Positions 42,293 to 52,089 of a stretch of 64,000 bases of DNA are shown piece after piece. A program made the position numbers and the translations under genes. The stretch comes from Tenericutes bacterium ADurb.Bin087 (GTDB taxonomy: Bacteria > Bacillota_I > Bacilli_A > RFN20 > CAG-826): the NCBI GenBank assembly GCA_002070905.1, contig MWEF01000004.1:8190-72189 (forward strand), read 5' to 3'. Position 1 is the stretch's first letter, and every line of letters begins with the position of its first letter. The notes beneath the pieces were generated by a model that saw only the letters and a list, made by a program, of their open reading frames with translations, did no database searches and had not been told where the DNA came from.

Positions 42293-43132
42293 TTAACGTT
42301 TGAAAAGTTCAAACATTTCGCTTAATTTATTTTGTTGTGCTTTTGTTGCAACAGCACTAATATCATGGAAAAAGCCAGTTGGTTCCTTGTCAATTTGCGC
42401 TTTTGCCGCAGCATAACCATCATAAGACATATATGTGTAGTAATTAATCTTATCAATCCCCGCTTTTACAACATTTTGATAATCTTCGGTGCTTAATCCG
42501 CTGCCACCATGCATCACTAAAAATACGTCGCTAACAGCACGAACTTTTTTAATGATGTCAATGGAAAGTACGGGTTTAGCTTTATAAATACCATGGGCCG
42601 TCCCAAATGCAATTGCAAGAGCGTCACAGCCACTTCTTTTTACAAAGTCAGGCACTAATTTAGGGTCAGTGTATAAAAGCGTCGGATCACCTTCAACTAC
42701 ACCACCCGATTCACGATTGGGTAAACTCCCAAGTTCAGCTTCAACGCTGACATTATGTTTATGGGCATATTCGACGACTTTACGCGTCACTTTAATATTT
42801 TCTTCATATGGTAAAGCAGATGCATCAATCATCACACCTGTAAATCCTAAATCGATTGCTTTTTTACAAGATTCATACGATTCCCCATGATCAAAATGAA
42901 CACAAACAGGTACTTTAGCCTTTTTAGCAAAAAGTAACATTACTGGCCCAATTAAGTTAATACTAATTACACTTTCATGGAGTTCAGCGTGGGAGAGAAT
43001 AAGCGGGATGTTTTGTTTTTCCGCTTCACTAATTGCGGCAATAATTGATTCTAAATTCGGAGTATTAATCGCTGGAACTGCGACTCCTCTTTTTCTACCT
43101 TCCTTTAAAACTTCTGTTAAATTAACGAGCAT
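42293..43132 (-). CDS. Class II ketose-bisphosphate aldolase (FBA / tagatose-bisphosphate aldolase family)
   Basis: Motifs VHFDHGES, GVMIDAS, VEAELGSL, LAIAFGTAHG and LVMHGGSG. Confidence 0.88.
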   Translation of the reverse strand: MLVNLTEVLKEGRKRGVAVPAINTPNLESIIAAISEAEKQNIPLILSHAELHESVISINLIGPVMLLFAKKAKVPVCVHFDHGESYESCKKAIDLGFTGVMIDASALPYEENIKVTRKVVEYAHKHNVSVEAELGSLPNRESGGVVEGDPTLLYTDPKLVPDFVKRSGCDALAIAFGTAHGIYKAKPVLSIDIIKKVRAVSDVFLVMHGGSGLSTEDYQNVVKAGIDKINYYTYMSYDGYAAAKAQIDKEPTGFFHDISAVATKAQQNKLSEMFELFKR

Positions 43133-43152
43133 ATTTTATTTCGCCTTTCTTT

Positions 43153-44544
43153 TTACAAGATGTCAACCTTCCATCCTAAGTAAGTTTCAAGTCCTTCTTT
43201 AACCACATCTTTTTCTAAACCGTAAGTATAAGTAACATGGTGATGATAATCTTTTTTAATAACATACATTAAAATTTTTTCTAAGTCATTAAATTCGGCA
43301 ATTCCCCAAGAACCAAAAAACGCTTTTTCAACCTTATCATCAGTGATTTTTCCTTCGCCGACATAAAATTCTAGTTTGCCATTTTCTGCTTTCGCCGATG
43401 CATAAGTTATCGGTCCACCTTTTAAAACACCAACATTAACCCCGTAAGAGCAACCTTCGCCATATGTTTTATCAAACATTTTGTGTGACTCAACTGCTGT
43501 TTTACCACGAACCATCGCTGTTGCCATTTGGCCGCAGTGGTAGAAGATACATTTATTCTTTTCTGTACCATAATTATTGTTCCAGTCCATAACAGCGGAA
43601 GGTGTTTCACTTGCTAATGTAAGGATTTTCATTACAAGTGCGTTATAGACATCGACTTCACACGCAACTGGAATACCCATATTAGTTAAATATGATGATA
43701 TTAAGCACACTGATATTTTTTTAGCAGCGGGGAATTCATTCCAACATCTAATTGCGATTGCATCTAAATTATATTGTTTAACATAATCTAAAATGACAAG
43801 TGTCGTTTTAGCAATATATGTGAGTCTTTCACTTGGAACTTTACTCACATCAGTATAGTCTTTATAATTTTTAATCATTTTTAATACTTCAGAACTATTA
43901 TCATTTAACTTATCCACTAGATAGAAAAGTTCCGAGAGATCAAATGATTCAACTGTAATGTTGTTTTTTTCTAAAGTAACTTCATCATAACGTACCGTTT
44001 TAAAAGCGGTAACTCGCGCGCCAAGCGCACCTATCACCATCTTTTTAGCGCCTTTATAAATACGACAGATTTTACCAAATTTGCGAATTTGTTCGATAAA
44101 ACCTTTATCTAGCGGATGAATAACATGTGGTTCAAAAATAGTGTATTTAATATTACATTGATTAAAATAATTACAAATCGAAATTTTCCCGCAAAAGGAG
44201 TCTCTTCTTTCGGCAAAACTCATCTTCCCAATTTCATCAGGATAAGCTTGGATTAAAATTGGTTTGCCCCAATCGCGCAAGGCTTTAACCGCGCCACTTT
44301 CGTCCCCAAAGTTAGGTAGACACATGATGACTCCATCGATTTCATCGCGATGGGCTTTTAACCATTCAGCATAAATCATCCCATCGTGTTCATTGGAAAT
44401 GGCCCCAAATTTCGTTGCCTTCTCATCCAAACAAACACTTTCATGGCCAGCAAGCCGTACAGCTTCTTTCATCTCTTCTCTAGCTTTTGCAACTAGTGTT
44501 TCGGGGAAAAACCCGCGATTAGCAAAGTATAATGCAAATTTCAT
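43153..44544 (-). CDS. L-fucose/L-arabinose isomerase-family sugar isomerase (substrate unknown)
   Basis: MKFALYFANRGFFPETLV..., FAERRDSFCGKISICNYFNQCNIKYT and IGALGARVTAFKTVRYDEVTLEKNNITV match my recollection of this family. Confidence 0.7.
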   Translation of the reverse strand: MKFALYFANRGFFPETLVAKAREEMKEAVRLAGHESVCLDEKATKFGAISNEHDGMIYAEWLKAHRDEIDGVIMCLPNFGDESGAVKALRDWGKPILIQAYPDEIGKMSFAERRDSFCGKISICNYFNQCNIKYTIFEPHVIHPLDKGFIEQIRKFGKICRIYKGAKKMVIGALGARVTAFKTVRYDEVTLEKNNITVESFDLSELFYLVDKLNDNSSEVLKMIKNYKDYTDVSKVPSERLTYIAKTTLVILDYVKQYNLDAIAIRCWNEFPAAKKISVCLISSYLTNMGIPVACEVDVYNALVMKILTLASETPSAVMDWNNNYGTEKNKCIFYHCGQMATAMVRGKTAVESHKMFDKTYGEGCSYGVNVGVLKGGPITYASAKAENGKLEFYVGEGKITDDKVEKAFFGSWGIAEFNDLEKILMYVIKKDYHHHVTYTYGLEKDVVKEGLETYLGWKVDIL

Positions 44545-44548
44545 TCTT

Positions 44549-46030
44549 TTACCTCCATATTTCCTTTGTTAAATTATAAATTCGCTTATATTTTTGATAT
44601 AGTTCGTGATATTTGCGCGTTAATTGTTCATTAGGCTTATAACTACGTCCTTTTGTTACATATTTATCAAACAAAGACACATAAGCAGCTTTTGTTTCGT
44701 TATGTTTCATTACAATAAAGCAACCATAAATTCCGCCTTCAGGTGTTAATATTGTGCTTACTTCTTTATTATATATATTTGCCTTAATTTTTAACCAACT
44801 TTTATTTTTACTTCCACCACCAGTGACACTCATTTCTGAAACATTAATTCCTGATTTTTCAAGCATTTCAAGATTATATTTCATTTCATAGGTTGCACCT
44901 TCCATCAAAGCGAAATATATTTGTGCTTTCGTTGTTTGAGTGGTTAAGCCTAAGATTCCGCCTGTATCATCGCCACACAAATATGGTGTTCCGCTTCCCG
45001 AAAAATGTGGAACGACTAATAGCGAAGTAGGTATTTTAACATTTTGACTAGAAAAATAACTATAGTATTGGTCTTTTAAACTATTAAATTCTAATGGTGA
45101 AAGATAGTCGCGATGCCATTTTAAAAGTGCGCCACCAGTATTCAAAAAAGCGTATGTTATGTAAGTACCTTCGTTAATATAAGGAACAACACAATAATTA
45201 TTCTTATAAAATGTTTCCTTATCAGTAATTTTTGAAAATACTGCAGCAACGCATTGCGCTGTTCCTGTTCCGTCGTTTGCCATGCCTTCTGCAAATAATC
45301 CTGAACCAATCGCTGCCATATACTGATCATGACCACCCGCTAATACAATACAATCTTTGCAAAGGCCAAGTTCAACAGCAACATCTTCTTTAACTTTGCC
45401 TACCACTTCATCAGCGTTCATTAGTCCGGGGAACAGCGAATATTTTAAACCACACAAAGCAATTAAATACTCGGACCAACATTTATTTTGAATATCAAGT
45501 AACATCGTCCGTGATGCGGTTGAATAATCACTGACTTTTTTGCCAGTGAGTAAAAATGCTATATATCCTGTTACAAGCAACATTTTATCGGCTTTATCAT
45601 ATATTTTTCTTTTTTCTTTTTTAAGCCACATCAGTTTCGAAAAAGAAAACATTTTATTCGGATATAAACCCGCAATATCAGCAACATCAAGTGGCTCTAT
45701 TTTCGTTAACAATTCATCTTTTTCCTTTTCACCAAGGTTACTTGTAAACAAGATAAAATCATTTAACGGTGTCCCTGCTTCATCAATAAGCACAAATGCT
45801 TCGCCTAAAGTGGATGTGCAAATTGACTTAATTGGGGCATTACTTTTCTCTACAAGATTTTTAATTATTTCAAAAATTATTTGTTTAAGTTTTGTTGCAT
45901 CTAAATAAAAAATACCATCCGCGGAATACGTTGGTGATTCATATTTTTCAGTGCGTAAAATAGCGCCATTATCATCTAATAATTGCCCTTTAACCATTGT
46001 CGTCCCAATATCAAGGCCGATATAACTCAT
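44549..46030 (-). CDS. FGGY-family carbohydrate kinase
   Basis: Motifs MSYIGLDIGTTMVKGQLLD, GGHDQYMAAIGSG and VTGGGSKNKSWLKIKANI. Confidence 0.88.
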   Translation of the reverse strand: MSYIGLDIGTTMVKGQLLDDNGAILRTEKYESPTYSADGIFYLDATKLKQIIFEIIKNLVEKSNAPIKSICTSTLGEAFVLIDEAGTPLNDFILFTSNLGEKEKDELLTKIEPLDVADIAGLYPNKMFSFSKLMWLKKEKRKIYDKADKMLLVTGYIAFLLTGKKVSDYSTASRTMLLDIQNKCWSEYLIALCGLKYSLFPGLMNADEVVGKVKEDVAVELGLCKDCIVLAGGHDQYMAAIGSGLFAEGMANDGTGTAQCVAAVFSKITDKETFYKNNYCVVPYINEGTYITYAFLNTGGALLKWHRDYLSPLEFNSLKDQYYSYFSSQNVKIPTSLLVVPHFSGSGTPYLCGDDTGGILGLTTQTTKAQIYFALMEGATYEMKYNLEMLEKSGINVSEMSVTGGGSKNKSWLKIKANIYNKEVSTILTPEGGIYGCFIVMKHNETKAAYVSLFDKYVTKGRSYKPNEQLTRKYHELYQKYKRIYNLTKEIWR

Positions 46031-46053
46031 ATTGGTTTCACCCCACTTTCTTT

Positions 46054-46062
46054 AATTATAAC
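46054..46062 (-). promoter_or_regulatory. Extended -10 element for the kinase-isomerase-aldolase operon
   Basis: Minus strand reads TGTTATAAT, about 23 nt before the ATG, with GGGGTG as the RBS. Confidence 0.45.
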
Positions 46063-46137
46063 ACACTTTTAATTAATTAAAGATACCACTAGCAAAACAA
46101 ACATTTAGTCATTAAATAGAAAACTCAGTTATTAAAT

Positions 46138-47049
46138 TTATTTCGTTTTTTTAGCCCGCGGATGAGCGGTGTAATATTCTTTTACGACTTTTTCTTCGCT
46201 GACATGCGTATAAATTTGAGTTGTATTAATTGACTCATGACCTAATAATTCTTGAATAACGCGTAAGTTTGCGCCTTTTTCTAATAAATGCGTGGCAAAA
46301 GAATGACGTAGCAAGTGTGGATGTAAGTTAACATACTCGCCCGTTTTCTTTTCGACTGAAAGTAAAATATAGCGCAGTCCTTGAATTGTTAACTTATTCC
46401 CCCTAGCGTTTAAAAAGAGCATGTTTGTTGGTTGGCTGCTTTTTCTTTTCGCTAGCAGTTCCTTACGTACCCCGTTTAGATAATTACGTAATAATACTTG
46501 GACGCGATCAGTAAAAGGAACCATCCGTTCTTTTTTTCCTTTACCAAACACCACTAAAAATCGTTCATTTAGATTAAACGATTGTAATGTTAAATTAATT
46601 ACTTCACTAGCGCGTAATCCAGTTGCAAACATTAGCTCTAAGATTAATTGATCACGATCACGTAAGAAGTCTGTTCGTGCTTCGTTTGCGATAAGAATGA
46701 GTCTAATTTCTTCTTCATAAAGGACACGTGGTAATGGCGCGGTATACTTAGGAGCCCGAATCGTTAGGAAGGGATTATCTTGCACATATCTTTTATCTTG
46801 TAAAAAGGTATAGTAATGCCGTAAGCTTGCTAATTGGCGTCTTACTGTTCGCCGTGATACATAATTATCAATTTGATTTTTTAAAAATAAACGAATAACT
46901 GGTTTATCGACTTCATCATCGCGAATATTTTGATGCGCTAAAAATAAATAAAAAGTTTCAATGTCACTTATATACGCTGTGACCGTATGTTCTGAAAAGC
47001 GTCTTGTATAACGCAGATAGTCTTGAAACTCTTGTAATGGTCTATTCAT
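46138..47049 (-). CDS. xerC: Tyrosine recombinase XerC/CodV-like
   Basis: Catalytic blocks ATGLRASEV, HLLRHSFATHLL and LLGHESINTTQIYTHV. Positioned after topA-trmFO, like Bacillus codV. Confidence 0.92.
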   Translation of the reverse strand: MNRPLQEFQDYLRYTRRFSEHTVTAYISDIETFYLFLAHQNIRDDEVDKPVIRLFLKNQIDNYVSRRTVRRQLASLRHYYTFLQDKRYVQDNPFLTIRAPKYTAPLPRVLYEEEIRLILIANEARTDFLRDRDQLILELMFATGLRASEVINLTLQSFNLNERFLVVFGKGKKERMVPFTDRVQVLLRNYLNGVRKELLAKRKSSQPTNMLFLNARGNKLTIQGLRYILLSVEKKTGEYVNLHPHLLRHSFATHLLEKGANLRVIQELLGHESINTTQIYTHVSEEKVVKEYYTAHPRAKKTK

Positions 47050-48334
47050 TTAACGTATCAACATACTCCTTCATTTTTTGTGTTATTATTAGTGATTTCT
47101 CGGCAATTTCCAAGCGGTTTTGTTTTGTTGCTCCGCGAATTATTCCAAAATTAGCGTTCATTGGCGCAAAGTTTTCAGGATTCGCGCTACTTATGTAATG
47201 CATTAAACTACCAAGCATTGTCTCCTGCGGATAATCTAGTTCTACCCCCTTTATTTTAGCGTAAATATTTAGTGCAACATAGAGTCCACTTGCTGCACTT
47301 TCGACATAACCCTCCACACCGCTAAGTTGACCAGCGATATATAAGTTGTGATTTACCTTTAATGACTTATCAACATTTAAGACACGTGGTGCATTTACAA
47401 ATGTATTACGATGCATTAACCCATAACGGACAAATTCAGCGTTTTCTAAACCTGGAATCATTCTAAATACACGTCTTTGTTCAGCATAAGTTAAATTAGT
47501 TTGAAACCCCACTAAATTGTAAAGTGAGCCCACAACATTATCTTGGCGCAGCTGCAAGACAGCGTAAGGTTTATGCTTTTCATCTTTGCCGAGTCCGCGT
47601 GGTTTGAGTGGTCCAAATCGCAAAGTGTTCGGGTCGCGTTTAGCGAGCACTTCAATGGGCATACAGGCATCAAAATATTTAGTGTCAAATTCTTTAAGTG
47701 GCGCTAGTTTAGCATTTATTAATTCATCATAAAATCGATAATACTCTTCTTTAGTAAACGGACAATTAAGATAAGCATCATCACCTTGATCATAACGCGA
47801 TTTAAAATAAGCAATATCCGTATTTATCGAATCTTTTTCAACAATAGGGGCACTAGCGTCAAAGAAATGTAAAAACTCGGCATCGATAAGTTTACCAATT
47901 GTCGTTTCTAATCCTTTACTCGTTAATGGGCCAGTTGCAATAATAACTGGAACATGGTTAGGTAGTTCTTTTACTTCTTCATACACTACTTTAATGTTAG
48001 GGTGGTTAGTAATAATACGCGTGACTTCTTCGCTATATAATTCACGATCGACACAAAGAGCATTACCACCTGGAACACTAACACGAGCGGCGACAGTAGT
48101 CATTAACGAATTATATATTTCCATTTCCTTTTTTAGTAATCCGCACGCATTTGTGAGTTCCATGCTCTTGAATGAATTAGAACATACAAGTTCACCAAGC
48201 TTAGCGCTATGATGCGCTGGTGTCATAACGTGGGGTCGCATTTCATAAAGTAGAACTTTTATCCCTTTTTCCGCAAGAAAAAAAGCCGCTTCTGTTCCCG
48301 CTAATCCGCCACCAACAATGATTACTTGTTCCAT
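47042..48334 (-). CDS. trmFO: Folate-dependent tRNA (m5U54) methyltransferase TrmFO/Gid
   Basis: MEQVIIVGGGLAGTEAAF (FAD-binding GxGxxG) at the N-terminus. An alternative ATG at 48361 would add 9 residues. 8-nt overlap with xerC. Confidence 0.93.
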   Translation of the reverse strand: MEQVIIVGGGLAGTEAAFFLAEKGIKVLLYEMRPHVMTPAHHSAKLGELVCSNSFKSMELTNACGLLKKEMEIYNSLMTTVAARVSVPGGNALCVDRELYSEEVTRIITNHPNIKVVYEEVKELPNHVPVIIATGPLTSKGLETTIGKLIDAEFLHFFDASAPIVEKDSINTDIAYFKSRYDQGDDAYLNCPFTKEEYYRFYDELINAKLAPLKEFDTKYFDACMPIEVLAKRDPNTLRFGPLKPRGLGKDEKHKPYAVLQLRQDNVVGSLYNLVGFQTNLTYAEQRRVFRMIPGLENAEFVRYGLMHRNTFVNAPRVLNVDKSLKVNHNLYIAGQLSGVEGYVESAASGLYVALNIYAKIKGVELDYPQETMLGSLMHYISSANPENFAPMNANFGIIRGATKQNRLEIAEKSLIITQKMKEYVDTLNE

Positions 48335-48340
48335 AGCCAA

Positions 48341-48349
48341 ATTATAGCA
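48341..48349 (-). promoter_or_regulatory. Extended -10 box 6 nt upstream of the trmFO ATG (possible leaderless start)
   Basis: Minus strand reads TGCTATAAT-TTGGCT-ATG. No convincing Shine-Dalgarno. Confidence 0.35.
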
Positions 48350-48379
48350 AGAAAGCGACATTTTCCCTACAAAAATAAG

Positions 48380-50335
48380 TTATTTTTTATATCTACTACG
48401 TTTAATCGTTGCCGAATAATCACAATCTTTATAATTAGAGCAGCGAATATATTTTCGATTTCGTGAATCGTAGCGATATGTTAAAGGCGCTCCGCACTTT
48501 GGACAGTTTTCACCCGTATACTCAACAATGAATTCCGTGTATTTACATTTTGGAAAAGTAGCACAACCAATAAAGCGCCCATAAGGTCCTTCGCGATACA
48601 CAAGTTCAGAATGACACTTTGGACAATCACGGCCGACTTTTTCTGGCGGCAACTTCTTCATTCCTTTTCTAGCATCATCTATTTTTTCACTAAAAACACT
48701 ATAGAAATCACTGAGAAATTCAACTTTATCGCCTTCACCACTTGCAATCTTATCTAATTCATTTTCCATCGATGCTGTATAATCACTGCTGATGATACTT
48801 GGGAAGAATTCATTAAGCGCATCAATTTGGCGAAATCCTACATCCGTTGGTTTAAGCGAACCTTTTAGACTTGATACATATTTGCGTTTTTGTAAGATTT
48901 CAATTGTTGGCGCATAAGTTGATGGCCGGCCAATCCCTAACTCTTCCATTGTTTTAATTAATCGCCCTTCGGTGTAGCGCGCTGGGGGTTCGGTAAATTT
49001 TTGTTCCGTGACAGCATCGATAATTGGCAACTCACTACCAACATGCATTTGCGGCAGCGTCGCATCATCTTCATTTTCTTCATCTTTGCCGTATACTTTT
49101 CGAAAACCAGGAAAAACTAAAATCGTTGATGATGCATTAAAAAGGGTCCCGTTTGAATTAAAAGTATAACGGGTCACTTGTTCTTTACTGCCTACCATTA
49201 AACTCGCGAGCGCGCGTGCGTAGATTAGAGCATAGAGGTTATATTCTTCACGGGTTAATGAATCTTTAATTGATTCAGGCGTGAAATTTAAGTTTGTTGG
49301 TCGTATTGCTTCATGGGCGTCTTGTACATTTTGCAGGGCCTTACCGCGTGCTTGACTGCGCCCTAAGTATTCGGCACCATATTCTTTCACAATTCGCTGT
49401 GAAGCGTTAGCGACAAAACTTGGCGCTAATCTTGTGGAGTCAGTCCGAATATAAGTAACGAGCCCAGTCTCAATCCCATTAATTTGAATACCTTCATAAA
49501 GTTTTTGAATAACGCGCGAAGTCCGTGCAGCGCTATATTTAAATTTACTGCTTGCTTCTTGTTGTAAGGTTGAGGTTGTAAAAGGTGGTTTAGGATTCGT
49601 CTGTTTGATCTCACTTTTAACATCAGTAACGACAATTTTTGGGGCGAGTTTACTAACGATATCATTTTTCATCGTTTCATTAACAATTTTAGTATCACCC
49701 GTATAACTTTTACTAAAGTTCACACTGAACAAAACATCATCATACTTAGTGTCAATCTTCAGTGTCCAATATTCTTCGGGAACAAAGGCGTTTATTTCAT
49801 TTTCTTTATCTACAATCAGCTTTAAAACCGCGCTCTGGACGCGACCGGCACTTTTGACATTTATTTTTTGGTTTAATAGACTTGAAAGTTCAAATCCGAC
49901 AATCCGGTCAAGCATCCGTCTAGCTTCTTGACTATTAAAAAGATTTTCATTAAGTACCCGCGGTGCGGATAGGGCACTTGTAATCCCATCACGCGTAATT
50001 TCATGGAATTCAAGGCGTTTCGTTGTATTTAAATCAAGTTTTAATAATTTAGCAATATGAACCGCAATGGCTTCACCTTCGCGGTCTGGGTCAGTCGCAA
50101 GAAATACTTCACTGCTTTCGTCTTTAGCCTTTTTAAGTGTGTCCGCGACTTTTTGTCGACTCTTATCTAAGACATAATCACCTTCAAAAGTTTCAAGATT
50201 AATACCTAGATTTTTCCGACCACGCGTTGAAAGGTCGACGATGTGACCATAGCTGGCGAGTACCTTGTACTCGTCACTTAGATAGCGTTCAATCGTCTTT
50301 ATTTTACTGGGGGATTCAACAATTACTAGTTTCAC
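48380..50335 (-). CDS. topA: DNA topoisomerase I
   Basis: GTG start 5 nt after AGGAGG. TOPRIM segment VIVESPSKIKTIERYL...LATDPDREGEAIA. C-terminal Zn ribbons CPKCHSEL...CATFPKC and CPKCGAPL...CSNYKDC. Confidence 0.97.
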   Translation of the reverse strand: MKLVIVESPSKIKTIERYLSDEYKVLASYGHIVDLSTRGRKNLGINLETFEGDYVLDKSRQKVADTLKKAKDESSEVFLATDPDREGEAIAVHIAKLLKLDLNTTKRLEFHEITRDGITSALSAPRVLNENLFNSQEARRMLDRIVGFELSSLLNQKINVKSAGRVQSAVLKLIVDKENEINAFVPEEYWTLKIDTKYDDVLFSVNFSKSYTGDTKIVNETMKNDIVSKLAPKIVVTDVKSEIKQTNPKPPFTTSTLQQEASSKFKYSAARTSRVIQKLYEGIQINGIETGLVTYIRTDSTRLAPSFVANASQRIVKEYGAEYLGRSQARGKALQNVQDAHEAIRPTNLNFTPESIKDSLTREEYNLYALIYARALASLMVGSKEQVTRYTFNSNGTLFNASSTILVFPGFRKVYGKDEENEDDATLPQMHVGSELPIIDAVTEQKFTEPPARYTEGRLIKTMEELGIGRPSTYAPTIEILQKRKYVSSLKGSLKPTDVGFRQIDALNEFFPSIISSDYTASMENELDKIASGEGDKVEFLSDFYSVFSEKIDDARKGMKKLPPEKVGRDCPKCHSELVYREGPYGRFIGCATFPKCKYTEFIVEYTGENCPKCGAPLTYRYDSRNRKYIRCSNYKDCDYSATIKRSRYKK

Positions 50336-50356
50336 AACGCCTCCTATCGGTATATG

Positions 50357-50385
50357 AATATAGAGGGTTTTTTCGCACTTGTCAA
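50357..50385 (-). promoter_or_regulatory. Candidate topA promoter
   Basis: Minus strand reads TTGACA-17 nt-TATATT. Confidence 0.6.
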
Positions 50386-50444
50386 ATGTAAAACTTTGTG
50401 ATTTTTCCCTTTATTTATAATAAATAAAACTTTTTTTATTTTTT

Positions 50445-51227
50445 TTAGTTAGACCACAACTTAATGATGTCGTTTGCGCTCTCAACAAGATAAGCACCAT
50501 CTTTAATAAGCCGATTACACCCGCTGTTTTTGCCAGCGCGCTCTGGAACACAAAAAACATCACTCCCTTTTTCAAGCGCATAACCAACGGTGATAATCGT
50601 TCCTGATTTATATTTTGCTTCAATAATCAACACAGCTTTAGTTAGCGCCGCAACAAGGCGATTGCGGAACTTAAAATAATCTGGTTCAGGTTTTGTATTG
50701 TGTGGATACTCACTAATTAAAAGGCCATGTTTTACGATTTCATCATATAGTTTCTTATTCGCTTTAGGATAAGGATAATTGATACCGCTCCCTAAAACAG
50801 CAATCGTGTTTCCACCTGCTTTAAGACACGCATCATGACTAAACCCGTCTATACCGCGCGCTAATCCGCTGACAATCGTAAACTTTTCTTTGACGAGTCC
50901 TTCGACAATATCATACGTCATGTTTTTACCGTAGTCACTATATTCACGGGCCCCAATTACGGCAATCGCTTTGTCTAAATTAAAAAGTAAATCTCTATTA
51001 CCTTTTAAATATAAGACAATTGGCGGATTATTAATTGTTTTAAAAAGGGCGGGATAATCTTCATCGATAATCGTTAGCGTATCAACTTTTTCCCACTCTT
51101 CCTTATATTTATTAAATAAAGAGTCATCAAATGGCTCTTTTGATCGCAGTGCATTTATTATTGCATGGTAATTGCCTTCATACTTGCTGGCAAAGTAAAG
51201 TAAAACATCACGGGCTTTTTTGCTCAT
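50445..51227 (-). CDS. dprA: DNA processing protein DprA/Smf
   Basis: Motifs IGAREYSDYG, VSGLARGIDGFSH, GGNTIAVLGSGINYPYPKANKKLY and LLISEYP. Confidence 0.9.
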   Translation of the reverse strand: MSKKARDVLLYFASKYEGNYHAIINALRSKEPFDDSLFNKYKEEWEKVDTLTIIDEDYPALFKTINNPPIVLYLKGNRDLLFNLDKAIAVIGAREYSDYGKNMTYDIVEGLVKEKFTIVSGLARGIDGFSHDACLKAGGNTIAVLGSGINYPYPKANKKLYDEIVKHGLLISEYPHNTKPEPDYFKFRNRLVAALTKAVLIIEAKYKSGTIITVGYALEKGSDVFCVPERAGKNSGCNRLIKDGAYLVESANDIIKLWSN

Positions 51228-51276
51228 TTTTCATTCCTCATTATATAAATAAGGAAGAAATTAATGTTTTATCGCG

Positions 51277-51903
51277 TTAAAATAATTTAATTTGCTTATT
51301 TAAGGCATCTTGAACTGGTTTATATGAATAACGATGGACATCTTTAATTGGCCCGTATGTATCAAGTGCCTGTAAGTGTTTACGCGTCGGATAACCTTTA
51401 TTATTTTCAAAATCATATTGCGGGTAAAGTTTTGCTAATTTATCCATGTATGCATCACGCGCAACTTTAGCGAGAATGCTTGCGGCAGCGACACTTAAAG
51501 ATGTCTCGTCCCCGTGAATAATTGCTTCATACCCTACTTCTAAATTACTGAGCGGCATCGCATCAGTTAACACAAAATGGAATTCATGTTTTAAGCCTTC
51601 AATCGCTCTTTGCATCGCTAAGATTGTCGCTTGATAAATATTTACTTGGTCAATAACTGGAGCATCAACATGCACAATCTTATAATCAAGTGCTTGTTCT
51701 TTAATGACATCGCTTAATTCAAGTAACTCCGCTGCTGTTAATTGTTTAGAGTCTTTAATCCGTTCATCATTAAAAAAGGGCGGTAAAATGACCGCAGTGG
51801 CAAACACAGGTCCCGCTAAAGGGCCGCGTCCTGCTTCATCAACGCCCACTAAATAAAGGTGTCCGTGTTTTCTTACGTCATTATCAAATTCAAAATAAGT
51901 CAT
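51277..51903 (-). CDS. rnhB: Ribonuclease HII
   Basis: Motifs VGVDEAGRGPLAGPV and ASILAKVARD. Confidence 0.96.
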   Translation of the reverse strand: MTYFEFDNDVRKHGHLYLVGVDEAGRGPLAGPVFATAVILPPFFNDERIKDSKQLTAAELLELSDVIKEQALDYKIVHVDAPVIDQVNIYQATILAMQRAIEGLKHEFHFVLTDAMPLSNLEVGYEAIIHGDETSLSVAAASILAKVARDAYMDKLAKLYPQYDFENNKGYPTRKHLQALDTYGPIKDVHRYSYKPVQDALNKQIKLF

Positions 51904-52089
51904 ATTATCACTCCAAACTTACGAACTAGTAATTACTATTACTAATATTATTATAATATATAATCTAACTATTTCTATTTTTAATATTTCAAATATTTGT
52001 GATTTTATTTCTAAAAGTCATTAGCAATCATTGAGATGTCATTTTTTAATCTATAAAATGATGTTGTAGATTTGTGAAAGGAGACTATT

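Noticed and set aside
46068-46081. The perfect palindrome TTTAATTAATTAAA near the sugar-operon promoter.
   Set aside because: It is AT-only with low information content in an AT-rich spacer, so it is not distinguishable from chance without comparative data.
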